A DNA stretch of 64,000 nt from Eledone cirrhosa. Lineage: Eukaryota. The notes under the pieces were generated by a model. That model was not told where the DNA came from. It saw only the letters and a list, made by a program, of their open reading frames with translations, and did no database searches. The translations under genes were made by a program, and so were the position numbers. The stretch's first letter is position 1. Each line of letters opens with the position of its first letter. The stretch is taken from NCBI GenBank assembly GCA_964016885.1, contig OZ024741.1:381858001-381922000 (forward strand), written 5' to 3'. Below, piece after piece: positions 1-13,133 of this stretch.

Positions 1-200
1 CTATATTATAATCAGAACCACCTTTGTACAACTCTCACACAAACATTGACAATGTAAATAAATCCTATTTTTTCTTGCTTTCATTGACGCCAGAAATGGT
101 TAATGTATCTCCTAACACTACTATCTATAAATCTCTCTTCCTATATCTCACACACTATCTCATCTCCCCTTCTCCCCCCTCTCTCTCTCTATATATATAC

Positions 201-246
<46 letters not shown>

Positions 247-310
247 AATTCATTGGCACGCCAAAGGGAAATCTATACAGATAGCCACATTCACTCACGC
301 ACACACACAC

Positions 311-356
<46 letters not shown>

Positions 357-2452
357 CATATCGATGCATATTGTACCAACATCGCTTTTGTATACCTAGG
401 GGAAAACAGACTGGGAACCGTATGTTACATATTCTGTTCAAGGAACGACGGTTAGCTATTAATATACTATAAAAATAGATATTTCCTTCTGAAAGGTTTC
501 TAAAAAAAGGTAATACTGTGTGTAAGCTAGTTACATGGTTAGATGGGTGATGTATAGTCAGTTTTATCACATGCTATAGTCTTTACTTTATTTTATCGAC
601 CCGGCAGTGATGAAAGGAAAGCCATGAAAGGAACACAGATCGTAAAACGCTGGAAGAAATGCCCCAAGGGAATATTTCCGACATAACTCAATCCTGAAAC
701 CTTGTTAGTTTGCCTTATATACTTAATGATATTTAGTGTATCAGATATACTGTTATTAATGTTATTGACCCTGGAATGGGGAAAGACAAAGTTGATTCAA
801 GACTTAATGGGAAAAATAACTAAAAGATAATTTTGGAAGAAAAATGGGGAAGTGAATAAGACGAAAAGTTTTTAAAAAAATATAGTTAATAATGTCCTTT
901 CCTGATAGCTATGCACATGAATTATATAAAACAATTCCAGTTTACCGAATAGAGCATGGATCGATACTCGGTCCCTCACATTTTATCTTATAACTAAAAT
1001 GTATACTGAAGTTGCAGAAACAAACAAAACTACGCACATTCATAGAATACTGATAACTATCATTTTACAGCAAGTTATAGAGACGACTGCAGGATAGCTT
1101 GGATCTATTACGGATTATGTCAGACCTATCTGCGACATAAAACACTTCTAAAGTAAAAAAAATAACAAAAATAGAGTACTTCACTTTGTCATACATTGGA
1201 TATAGCTACATAGATAAACGAACTAGTCAAAATAACAAACATAAAATAGTACTTGTGCATATAAAGGGAACAATTCCTTTTTATCGCAAACGTAAATCTC
1301 ACAATCTTTGCTGCTTTCTAAAAAATAGTAATCAAATATCAAACGGGATAAAGCACCCCAAGGATCCTACAAACACTATCCCTTGGTCTTCGTCAGAGAA
1401 ACATAAACAGACGCACATGGATGTAGTATGTTGGCATAACGTCAATAATCCATGCTAATAAGAAAACCGGTAGGCACAGATGTTTGACATGCAAGAGTTA
1501 GCAGCCAAAGCCCAATTAAATCTTTACATTGGGTCAGTTTTAAAACCTATACATGTAGGCGGTGGCATTATATATTTATACCATCGATTTGATGGTTTAT
1601 CAACTTACCTACACATAATACTCCTGGTTGATTAAAGCAAGTCTAGTGCTAAAAAAAAAACCCAGAGTAACAATAATAACATTAATGGCAATATTGTGTT
1701 CAAAAGTGTATGACAATGCTAGGATGTGAAATCATCGAAAGTATTGAGGGACGATACCTTTTTTCTTTTTTTTTTTTTGGTAATCGTATCTAAAAACGAA
1801 CGTTCGTATAACTTGCTGAAATCTAACAATAAATTGTGTAAAGTGTATAGCATGTAGAAAAGGAACATGAATATATATACAATCGGAGAACAATATTTCT
1901 TTATCAGGTTTTCATTCAATACTTACTGTGTTTATTGAATTATTGAAAATTTAATGCTTTATGAATTGGCACAAAATCGAAATATTACTAATATTTTATC
2001 GACACTGAAAATGTCATGAAATACTGAATCATTCCTTCATTTTATATACATTGAATCATGTCCTCTATGTCATATAGTATATGTCATATAATATTAACTA
2101 TTAACAAGGAATTCTCTCATCACTAGATTAATTTAAATTTGATGAGTGTGTTTGTCCATCTGTGTATTATGATATTTTATGCTATTACACTGCTCTGCCC
2201 AGTACTGTTTGGACACACGGGTGGACTCATATGATCGGTGTCATAACATTTGTGTGTGATAAATTAAGGTGGATTTGGGCCTTTATTGTTATTCTTTTTA
2301 TTTTCTTTATTCATGGATTTGGTATTGGTAGAAAAAGAACCTTAAATAAAATTACGTTAGTGACATATCTAATAAAGTTGATTTAAAACAGGCATATATG
2401 TTGGAAAGTTAGTAGAGTGAAACGAATATTAGTATTGCTACTACTTATATAC

Positions 2453-2561
<109 letters not shown>

Positions 2562-2986
2562 ATTAAGTCTATTTGGAGTGTAACTAGATATTTGAAGACA
2601 TTTTATAAGCAAAATGTGAACAACTTGATGGATACATCTTGAAGGGTCTTTTCATATATCTGCTTGACTAGAATTGACCTGAAGTTAGTCGGCAACACAT
2701 CTTGGTAAAGAACAGTCTTATATACACCTGTAATATAACATTATATATACCCAGGAGGAAATACTTTTGTTCACTACAGTTGCAGAAATGACAAGGGAAC
2801 GGTATTTCCAGTTACGCAGTGCGGCTTTGAATTTTCTAGGCATTCCTAACCATTCCCCTCGTATAAATGCGTACGCATTTTTACCTCATTTTATTTGTAT
2901 TGTGTTTCGTACTATTATATAATTTTTGTTAAAATAATACAATTATTTGTTATGGAAGATCAGTTCTGAAAATCTGGAGTGAAGTG

Positions 2987-3172
2987 TAATAATTGTTTCT
3001 ACTTTGGGCACAAGGCCAGTAATTAACCAGTGCATTACTGGTACATTATTTTATCGATCCCACAAAGATGAAAGGCAAATTTAAACTCGGCGGGATTGGA
3101 ACTCAGAATGACAAGGGACGTAACTCTATGCTGCAAGGCATGGTGTCCGTCCCTCTACCGATAATGCCAAAT
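2987..3172 (-). mobile_element. tRNA-derived SINE (octopus OK/OR-like family)
   Basis: Reverse complement of the repeat seen about 10 times in the window: A box TGGCANTATCGG, B box GTTCAA(A/T)TCC, core TTTGCCTTTCATC..GGGTCGATAAAAT, tail GGCCTTGTGCC..GTAGAAACA(ATT)n. Confidence 0.8.
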
Positions 3173-3273
3173 CATTAAAAAACAGCTTCAAGTTCCCAAA
3201 GGAAACGACATAGACAAATTATATAAGAGAAATACATTAGTGAAATGATACTTTTATTTAACTGCTTTAATAG

Positions 3274-3323
3274 ACTATCGACGAGTGACTGAGTTCGACA
3301 CTATGGCAAGGCATCTTAACAAA
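3274..3323 (+). CDS. Candidate 50-nt internal host exon (peptide xYRRVTEFDTMARHLNK)
   Basis: Acceptor ...ACTGCTTTAATAG, consensus donor AAA|GTAAGT, one open frame, non-repetitive context. No homology recognised. Confidence 0.3.
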
Positions 3324-3916
3324 GTAAGTGTGAAGTGATATTTTTAGGGGAATAGGAAATTATGTTCAGGTTTAATGATTTTGTAAATAAAACACTTCAG
3401 AATTATACAATAGTTTGAAGAACAATTCTGATAAAAGCAATTAGCCATTTTACAAAGGTAATTACAAATCTATAGATTTATTTATCTGGACTTATATAGC
3501 ATTAAACAAATCAATATTTCAAAGTATTTCTTAGCTAATATATATTAAGAAGAGAAATAAATCTAACAATATACGACACTAATAAAATCATTGAATTATT
3601 TAAATGTTTTAAATTATTGCATATAAGGAAATGAAATAAGATAATTAAGTTCTTAATTTAAAATTTCATCAGATGGATACAAGATTTGATTTATATGTAG
3701 TAACATGATAATAGTAACTCAAGCCTGTTTGAATTATAAACTGGTAGAGAAGAAATGACGGAAGTAATTATTTTGTGATATGAATAATCATAGATGTTAA
3801 AATGTGTTGTTGAGTTCTTGTGATTGATTATTCCACAGTTTTAGCGTTCTGACAATATTATTTATTATTCAGTTATGAATCAGCTTCCTTAAATATATAT
3901 ATATATATATATATCA

Positions 3917-3948
<32 letters not shown>

Positions 3949-4149
3949 ACACCACAATCCAACATTCAACATACTCGCAGTACAGGAACACCCCATTCAA
4001 TCTACAACCACCAACCCGAACCACATTTTACAACAACAAGGAATATAACAAACACAGGAGACCACTTAACATCAGCAACAACACCTCTACCCCAACCATT
4101 TTTTAGAGACAGCACACAGATACAGGCAAACAAAATAACACAAGACAGG

Positions 4150-6400
4150 GAGGAGAAACCGATAGTAATAAAAATTATCAATCTTACTAGTGCAGAACCA
4201 ACACCCAACCTTATCAACTTACTCTCCAAAGGTCTTAAATTCACACCGGCCCCATTACGTCCTAACTACTATGAAATGAAGGAAGACATCACAGACTTCT
4301 GTAGAAAGTTACGACTCAGTGAACAACTATTCGACCAGTACGATGAGGATGAATCATTAGCCAGAAATAGAAACAACTAAACCCCATCAAAAGGTAGAAA
4401 TAAAATCCTGGGAGAATTCTGTGAACTCATCACAAACTTCCCTTACCAACACTTGCACATACAAAAACACAAGCCAAACTTCAACAAGAAAGAATGGGAA
4501 GAATTAAATAGATTAAAAACCGACAGAACCATTACAATTAAAGAGGCTGATAAAGGGAGTACATTAGTCCTAATGGAGACAGAATTCTATTTCAACTTAG
4601 CGCTCTCCACTTTAGAAAACGAAACATACTACGAAAAGGTTGAACACTACAATCAACAGAAAATTATAAGAAACCTAAAAGCTCTAATCAATCAATACAA
4701 AGAAGGACTCACTATAATGAATTCAGCTTCATCACAGACTTCACAAGTAAATCCAGCCTTTTCTACGGTATCCCTAAAGTACATAAAAGCGAATTAATAA
4801 GTAAGGCATGCAAGGAATCCACAGACATAGTCATCAATGTCCCCTCACCCAATGATCTCAAATTAAGACCTATAATAGCAGGCTCCGCTTGCGAAACCCA
4901 CCGCCTTAGCAACTTCATTGTTACCCTTCTCAAGCCTTTTCTTAAACACATCAAAAAATATATAAGGGACGACCTAGATATGCTCAATCACCTCCCTAAT
5001 ATGCCACTTTCTGAACAAACCCTACTAGTGACGTGCGATGTGGTCAACCTATACTCCAACATCCCCACAACCTAGGAATAGAAGCTATCCAATTCTGGCT
5101 GTATAATTACCACAATGAACTCCCACAACGCATCAAAAAAGAATTCGTGATAGAGGGACTCAAATTTATCTTGGAGAACAATTACTTCGTTTTCAATAAC
5201 AAACCCTACAGACAGAAATCTGGGACCGCTATGGCAACGAAAACAGCCCCCACCTATGTCAACCTAGTCATGGGATACGTGGAAATCACCCTCTACACTA
5301 AAGTCCCAAACAAATTTGGAAACACTCTCCACTTACACATAGAAAGGAACTGGAAGCGATATCTAGATGACTGCTTCATCCTTTGGCACGAAAACATCGA
5401 GAAACTTAAAGAATTTCACACCCTTATAAATGGGCTCAACACGAATATTAACTTCACGATGGAATACAGCCATCAAATACTCCCCTTCCTCGACATCCTC
5501 ATTAAGATCCATAACAAAAAAATAGAAACAGACATATACTACAAGCCCACAGACTCCAAGCAATATCTTCCTTTCAACTCTTGCCACCCTAGACACGTTA
5601 AAATTAATATTCCCTACAACTTAGCCAAGAGAATCTGTACTATAGTCTCCAATAAAAGCACCTGCTACTTACTGCTACAAGAACTAAAGGACACACTCAT
5701 AGGCAGGGACTACCCTGCATCACTAATTGACAATGGAATCCAACGTGCCCTAAAACTCAGTACCCAGGACCTTAGACACCCTAAAGTAAATCAACCGAAA
5801 CTAAAAGCTTTTCCATACATATCCACACACAACCCCCTCAACAATGAGGCCTCTGACACCATCCTCCTGTGTTGAAAAAGGACCACAGAATGAACCAAAT
5901 CCTACGAACACACGATATCATAAAGAGCAAAAGACAATCTAAGTCAATGAAAAACATCCTAACACATGCCAAAGTACTGCCAACCACAACAACGAAACCC
6001 ACAGTAAAAAAATGCGATAGACCCAACTGTGGCATTTGCATCAACCTAATAGAGGGTTCGGAATTCTATTTCAAAGAAGGACAACGTTTTATAATAAAAC
6101 ACAATTTCACATGCGCATCAGAAAATCTAATATATGTATTAACTTGCTCAGGTTGTCGAGAACAATACATAGGCCAGACCAAATACAGCCTCTGCCAACG
6201 CATGACTGTCCATAGATCCCAAATTAAAATACGGGAATACAGGAAAATACCACTGAGTGAACACATTGATACCTGTGCCGCCCAATTTCAGAATATTTTC
6301 CCTCTCCAAATTTAAAGATAATGCCACCCACACACAGCGCATCAGCAAATAATCTTACTTTATTAACAAATACGGACCCCGTCTAAACACTTCTCCCTAA
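4150..6400 (+). pseudogene. PLE reverse transcriptase + GIY-YIG endonuclease, frameshifted
   Basis: ORF pieces 3916-4380, 4453-4797, 5033-5875 and 5869-6315 join into one RT-EN polyprotein. Confidence 0.9.
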
Positions 6401-6613
6401 GACGAACCCACAACATACACACGTCAACATACATACCTCCATCAGCATACATCTCTACCCACATATAAACACAATAACATACGTAAACACACATGTTCTA
6501 TGGTGCAACACAAATATACACAATTTTACATACATTTTGATGTCTATAGATATAAACGTGCCGACACACACACATACATAAACGCACACATGCATTGCAT
6601 ACTGATGGGCACA

Positions 6614-6824
6614 TACATATTTGTGCACAGATATTCCAATACGGCAAGGCCTAATGAATTCCCCTTGCAGTACGTACAATCTGAACACACTCCAGATACA
6701 TGTGTACAATTTGTGCACAGGTATACAATTTCTGGACACACTCCAGTTACATATTTGTGCACAGGTATTCCAATACGCAAGGCCTAATGGATCCCCCTTG
6801 CAGTACGTACAATCTGGACACACT
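6614..6824 (+). repeat. Tandem duplication (about 134-bp period) in the PLE 3' UTR
   Basis: TACATATTTGTGCACAG(A/G)TATTCCAATACG..GCAAGGCCTAATG..CCCCTTGCAGTACGTACAATCTG(A/G)ACACACTC occurs twice. Confidence 0.85.
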
Positions 6825-6965
6825 CACACACACCTTGGTATTATGCCAATACTATATATCATTTCACACCTTTTATTTTTAAGGTTTTTGATGTTCTATT
6901 GAGAGAATCGATTTTACTGAAAATATCGAATAATGTACACCATTTTACCAGGAAAAAATACTGGT

Positions 6966-7001
<36 letters not shown>

Positions 7002-7839
7002 TCTCTCACACACACATATATATACACACACACATACACACGCGTAGATTAACATACAAAGAGACACACACACACACACACACACACACACTTCTCCGTA
7101 TAAGACAAGAGCTGAAAAATATCTTTTAACATGTTAAAATATCCCCCCACACCCTTACAGACACATTCCTACTGACCATCCCCCTACACGAATTACTCCT
7201 CTACAAACACACACACACACACACACTTGTCTTAATAGGCATTTGAACTGTCAACAGGCTGCGGTTGGCACACATTTCCCTGCTGACCATTATCACAACA
7301 ACGAACCTCTTTACTACTACTACACACACACACACACATATTTGTTGTGAAAGACTTATTTCTCAGTCAGCCGACACAAACCTACATTTGGCGCAAAATC
7401 AATTTTTTACATTCACATGACCTCTACCGACCAATCAAAATTGTTTTGACCACAAGAATTTTTGCAACACAAATTGGCGCAAAACTTATTTTAATACTGT
7501 TGGAGCCACTTTTTTAACATAAAAACAGGTAGAATTCCCAAAACTAATCAGATCAGAGCAAACATCATGGACGCTCTATCTCAAAGTTGTTTTTGAAAAG
7601 CATTAGAAATGCGCAACCGGTAAACTAAAAACCCAAACTGAATACTAACCAATACTATTACTAATTCTCACTTATTCCTAATTAAACTATTTTTCACTGT
7701 GAACAATTTGTCAGCATTTTCTATTCCGTTTACCAATATATATATATATATATATACGTTATTCCGGGTTGAATCGGAGGTAACCACAGTAAGTAAGGTA
7801 CTCAATACATAGCAGAGTATAACAGTTTTAATATAGATG

Positions 7840-7890
7840 AGATTCTACAGGACTAGAACTGTTTCATTCATTAGAAATCATCAGGAATCT
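7840..7890 (-). ncRNA. Type I hammerhead ribozyme (left arm of fold-back)
   Basis: Exact reverse complement of 7929-7979. Confidence 0.85.
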
Positions 7891-7928
7891 GGGTATCAAA
7901 AAAATACCATATTTATTTTTTGATACCC

Positions 7929-7979
7929 AGATTCCTGATGATTTCTAATGAATGAAACAGTTCTAGTCCTGTAGAATCT
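7929..7979 (+). ncRNA. Type I hammerhead ribozyme
   Basis: Stem I AGATTC/GAATCT; CTGATGA at 7935; stem II TTC-TAAT-GAA; GAAA; stem III CAG/CTG; predicted GUA cleavage after 7973. Confidence 0.88.
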
Positions 7980-7991
7980 CATCTATATTAA

Positions 7992-8045
<54 letters not shown>

Positions 8046-8050
<5 letters not shown>

Positions 8051-8148
8051 AAAGGCTTCAAGACCCGGACGGCAGACCTCAAACCATTTCGACGGCTAGC
8101 CGTCGAAACGGCTTGAGCTCCTCCGTCAGTGTCCTGAACATTTTCCTA
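8046..8148. repeat. Imperfect palindrome made of two opposed hammerhead 3' halves
   Basis: Centre GACGGC-TA-GCCGTC, each arm GAAAYGG..CCGTC. Related half copy at 27752-27815. Confidence 0.7.
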
Positions 8149-8238
8149 TTACCCACTCTACTACCCAAAGTATCGAGTACTCTGGGGCGTTATGGTCCAC
8201 CTGTCTCCTTACCACACTTCCTTCGTTATATATATATA

Positions 8239-8317
<79 letters not shown>

Positions 8318-10959
8318 ATGCATATATATATATATATATATATATACAAGTGTGTGCGTGCGTATGTGTACATTTGAATATGAGTAAATTTCTGTGTTAT
8401 TTCGTCCCACTTAAATTTCTCCAAATTCCTTTCTGAATTAATTCCTTTATAAAATAATATAAAGTATCTAGTAATTATACTAACCAACTCATTTTGTGAT
8501 GAAATCCATTCTCAATTTTCCAACTAATAATAGCCAAAAATGTATTCTCAAATCACGGGTAAATTCCTGGCTTGCTCACCTTACAATTTTACATATATAC
8601 TTAAAATTGCTGTTAGAAAAAGCAAGAATGTAAAAACTGCAAGCTCACCAATTTGTTTATCTCATTGTAGAGAGACTTGGAATCGGATCACTGATCTCTG
8701 ATATCGACAGTTGAACAAACATAATCTCAGACGCTAGAAGAACAACAACTACTCTGCCCAAGAATCAAATTGATATAAGTAGGTTTTGTGAGTGAGAGTG
8801 AATTTCCTGATGATTTGGGATGGTGATGCGCTCCCAAGGAAAAGTAAAAACGTGTTTACTTTATAGCCATAATTACTAACGTTATGAAATTCAACGTTAG
8901 CTATCTAACTGAGTTATTGATATAAAAGCCTATAGTGAATATAAAGAAATATATGTTATCATTATGCAATGGCGTGTTACTTGTAATAGCATGTATCCAT
9001 GAACCTATTGATATATCTTCTTAATTCTCAAATCAAAAACCATAGAAAGTGTCTGTATCACTGAATCAATGACACATTTATATATTATGAAGTACCCCGA
9101 CCGTGTCGCCATATTTAATTGGTAATGATCGTTAAAAATTTCACCCATGGATCCAGCACAACATGAAATAGCATCCAACTTTTATGTTTCTGAATATGTC
9201 GGCTCAGCTACAATTCCCACTACAATATATACAGATTTGAAATAGTGTTACATTTTCCACTTTACGATCGAAAGAGCAGAGTTAGAAAATGTTTCCAGCT
9301 GTGAATTATTTCATTAATAATATATAAATAGCAATATTTACGTCTCTATTCACACCATAACAGCTACATCAATGATTGAATATAATCCTATGAAGTGAGA
9401 CCTGCATTTTTCCAGATATATAATTGAGATTATATAGAATTAGCTCTCTAAAAGTCTGGTTTTTATATTCCCATTGGTAATTCCTCCCATTACACATACG
9501 ATACCTACCCACATCTCACTATTGATATGTAACATGTATATTACGCCATTGCTGCTCATAACGTTGGTGGATATATAATATGTGCCTCGACATAAGTTTG
9601 GAAATATCATATATTTACAGCAATTTCTTAATGAATGTAGCGAACATTGATTTTTCTTATTACATATTGCCTCATGTGATTATTGTCTAGAGAATAGATG
9701 AGTATATTTGATCAGGATGATTTGATAGGGGTTGTTCGGCAAACGATTGCAAAATGTCACTGTGTCATTCGGTATTCTTACAGCGCGTGTGTTCATTATA
9801 GTTGTTGTTGCAGTTTAACCATCTGGTCTGGCCTGAAAATGTAAATCTTTACGGAGAGAATTCCCAATCATGATCATCTCGCCTTTCACTTGGGAGTTGA
9901 ACGTCTAGGAATATATTTTTAATGTATATTTTCATTTTCAAGACATTACCATTATGTACTTTGTAGAGAATTTCGTTGTTTTGTTTGCAAACGGGGCAGG
10001 CATAATTACATTGGGAAATATGCCCCGTTGGCTTGGTTATAAACGTGTATTTGCTTTAAACAAAATGATGGCATTCCATTAACCTATTGAAGGCTGAAGA
10101 CATGATTTCATGGGGGATACTTAAAATATAATTCTCTATATCATTCCTCTAACGCAGGTTCCTTTTTCCAGGCTCTCTGGTTTTACATTACTCATATCTA
10201 AATGCAATTGAGGCACACTGAGTTACGTGACTAAAAACAGAGTAAAATGATTATGGACTGCTCTACTTATTACTTTTTTATTAGAACTTTTTTCATGTTT
10301 CCTTATACGTATACAAACATGAATTCTGATACATTGGAGCAACATCAAACTTTTTCAAGAAAATGTGGTATCGACACACACATTAATTCCAACATCCAAG
10401 GACAAGGAAATCCACAGTGGTGGCAGGTAAAATATGGGAATAAATAGAATCCAAAAAGAAGTACAATATTTCTTGGAGTGTTATGGAATTTACCCTTGTC
10501 ATATTTCTACTCTAGAAGTTTACTACATAATAACCGGAAAACAAATTTAATACAAGACGGGAGATAATGTTTAATCGCAAACACAAGCAATGTAATACTT
10601 TCTCTAATAACGATCCAAAATAACAGGTGATTAGAACGCAAAACCTAATCACTCACTTCCTCATTCAACCACAATCACTCTTTTACAGGTATAGATGACC
10701 TCTAAAGAGGATGTCCTCATCCTCGGGTCACCAATCCTCCCGCCAGTCATCCGCTCCACCATCGGATCAACCTCAAGCAGCTCTCGACACTCACAAGCAG
10801 ACTAGGCATGATTGACGCCAACCCAGCCCACTTCCTCTTGATCTACTGCTTCACCATGCCGAAGCTCCTTTACACACTTTGTTGCGCTCCTTGCTGTAGC
10901 TATGCATCTCTCCTTGCTGACCTCGACACTTGTATCGGAGGAGCAGCTGAGTAGATATG

Positions 10960-11182
10960 CAATGTACATATGTACGTATGGATTATATCGAAAATTAATA
11001 ATAATGTTCCAGTCGTTGGTAAAGAAACGGCCCGATTAGAAGCCGTAAATCGCTCGGTATGCAAATGAGGCTACGCAGCCGATGTGTACTTTAGAAAATA
11101 CTATATATTTTCAACCGTTCAACAGACTGGCAGAGGTGTACAGTCCTGAAAGTTCCACAAAGCCAGTTTTGAACAAACAGGT

Positions 11183-11185
<3 letters not shown>
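10960..11185 (+). mobile_element. Decayed relative of the 13439-13886 HHR unit
   Basis: 10965-11045 resembles 13520-13600. 11030-11135 resembles the reverse complement of 13695-13795. Contains ATGCAAAT at 11059. Confidence 0.55.
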
Positions 11186-11219
<34 letters not shown>

Positions 11220-11229
11220 TTATTTATTT

Positions 11230-12321
11230 AGGTTTGAAGGTTCACCACTGGATAGAGTTGGTCATTCCGTATGGTCAATCTTGCTGTAATAATAGGGAGA
11301 GTACTCAACGTAAAGCAGCTCAACCGTCTTCGTTTGTGTAGTTGGTGGTGCGAGTACGGAGTTAATTATTATAATAAAATAACAGGAGGTTGGACTTGTG
11401 TAAATCCTTGAAAAGTTTATTATACTATGATCATTTCAATGACCGTATTCCGTATGAATCCGGTGATATCATCAGGTATTCGAAATATAATAAATGAATG
11501 TAACAGATAAAATCCATGGGGCTGAAAAACATAGACCTGAGGGAGACCTACCATCTAGTATCTTCCACTTTAGCCGGTCGCTCTCAAGTGCTGGCTATTC
11601 GGTCTACTTAAGGCTATCTGGTGAGGGGGCGAAAGCTTATAGTGTGCTACTAACCTCCCGGTCAAAGAGAAGAAAAAAAAAGAGAAAAAAAGAAAGAAGA
11701 AAACTGAGCGTTAATGTCATGCTACAATCAGGCTAGGAATTGCCGCGAAAAATGTTATTCTTAAGAACCTATATCTTAACAGAGGTATATATTATAACAG
11801 AGGTATATATAATGGGCGTCTGCATGATATAATGTGAACAGAAAATTGGAACGTTAAATTTTTATTTAGATTTATAGGATGAAATTAAAAAAAATTAAAT
11901 TAAAGATTAAAATTATAAAATTAAAAAAAATTGAAAATTAAAAATTAAACAGTTTAAACAAATTTAAGGTTTGGGTTTCGAGATTTAGTTAAAGAATTTA
12001 CAGAGAGAGTCTTTTATGAACAAATTTTAAGCGTATTATAAAGATCCTCGATAAGTTTTCAGGGTGGGATATAGAGTAAAGATTAAGTCCTTCTTTAGCA
12101 GTCAAACAGCACGCGACGACTGCAGACTCCAGCCAGCCCATCTTAACCACGTGTCAGCCATTCCGAGTGAAACCGTCTAGCGAAAGATTAGGAAATCAAT
12201 TTTTCCGAGCACTCGAGGAATGCAACTGTTCTAGGCTTCGGGTGTGCTAGTTGGAAGTCAGCCATTGTCGTTAGGCCATAACGATGACCTAACGACAATG
12301 GCTGACTTCCAACTAGCACAC
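11230..12321 (-). mobile_element. 5'-truncated PLE remnant: GIY-YIG C-terminus, 3' UTR with HHR, 5' fold-back
   Basis: Minus strand near 11960-12040 reads like ..FIKDSL..KPNLN (PLE endonuclease end). HHR at 11422-11479. Perfect hairpin at 12242-12321. Confidence 0.55.
11422..11479 (-). ncRNA. Minimal hammerhead ribozyme with palindromic stem III
   Basis: Minus strand ATAC-CTGATGA-[extended stem II]-GAAA-TGATCA-TA-GTAT. Confidence 0.75.
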
Positions 12322-12463
12322 GGCGGGGGGGTCTGTGCCATGCTTATGAAGAAATAGAAGGCAATAAAATGAAGAAAATAAATAGAAAATAAATAAAAAA
12401 TAAAAATGAAGATTCAAATAAAAAAAATGTGTGTGTGCTATATATATATGCATTTAATATATT

Positions 12464-13113
12464 AAAAACCAGTATGACTCTAAAAACCGGTTTGTCTGTG
12501 TGTTTACATACAGAATAGCTGGATACTCACAGTAAAGTAACCAGTGAAAGACTTGGTACATCTACATATGTATACGTGTGTGTATTCATATGCATACTAG
12601 TATTTCAGTATGCATATGTAGATGTACATTTTTAACTTAATTGTTTAAGCGTCAGTCATACAAAAGTGAGTTACAAACGAAACGAAATTTAATTTCGTTT
12701 CGTTATTTGTTTTTATCGTCTCCGTTGAACCGGTACGTACTCACACTCTATGCAAATTAGTCTGCCCACTACTAATTTTCATAGAAAAAGCATATAACGA
12801 TATGTGCTTTTACGATTCTCCAGAAATGCCGGTAGATAGGTAAATATTGCTGATGAGTTGTAACAACAACGAAACTAGTTCAATATTCCTTGTCTGGCTT
12901 TCTGGAGAATAGAGGAAAGGTGTTTCCTCAAAAACCAGTATGACTCTAAAAACCGGTTTGTCTGTGTGTTTACATACAGAATAGCTGGATACTCACAGTA
13001 AAGTAACCAGTGAAAGACTTGGTACATCTACATATGTATACGTGTGTGTATTCATATGCATACTAGTATTTCAGTATGCATATGTAGATGTACATTTTTA
13101 ACTTAATTGTTTA
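12464..13113 (+). mobile_element. ORF-less retrozyme-like unit: 466-bp period, identical 184-bp direct terminal repeats, internal HHR
   Basis: 12464-12647 is identical to 12930-13113. HHR at 12843-12887, several internal hairpins, TA-rich flanks. Confidence 0.8.
12843..12887 (+). ncRNA. Type I hammerhead ribozyme, canonical core
   Basis: AATATTG-CTGATGA-GTTG-TAACAA-CAAC-GAAA-CTAG-TT-CAATATT. Stem I extends via ATTCTCCAGAAA/TTTCTGGAGAAT to 12815-12910. Confidence 0.92.
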
Positions 13114-13133
13114 TACATAATATATATATATAT

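Larger units (their letters stand above)
3950..7740 (+). mobile_element. Penelope-like element (Neptune-type), decayed, with long 3' UTR
   Basis: Frameshifted ORFs 3916-6315 with PLE motifs LLSKGLKF, IKEADKG, GTAMATKTAPTY, RYLDD, FLDI, YYKPTD, SCHP, a Cys linker CDRPNCGIC and GIY-YIG LIYVLTC..C..QYIGQT. Degenerate HHR at 7585-7626. Confidence 0.9.
7824..7995. repeat. Near-perfect inverted repeat (about 82-bp arms) carrying two opposed HHRs
   Basis: 7824-7906 is the reverse complement of 7914-7995 with one indel. Confidence 0.93.

Noticed and set aside
24-570. ORFs with [12 protein letters not shown] or HTHTHT runs (also near 8.1, 18.8, 20.5, 27.6, 38.6, 40.8, 41.5 and 58.3 kb)
   Set aside because: These are translations of stop-free (TA)n and (CA)n microsatellites, not genes.
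10319-10432. Open frame ending CAG|GTAAAA as an exon
   Set aside because: No suitable acceptor, a weak donor and no recognisable peptide.
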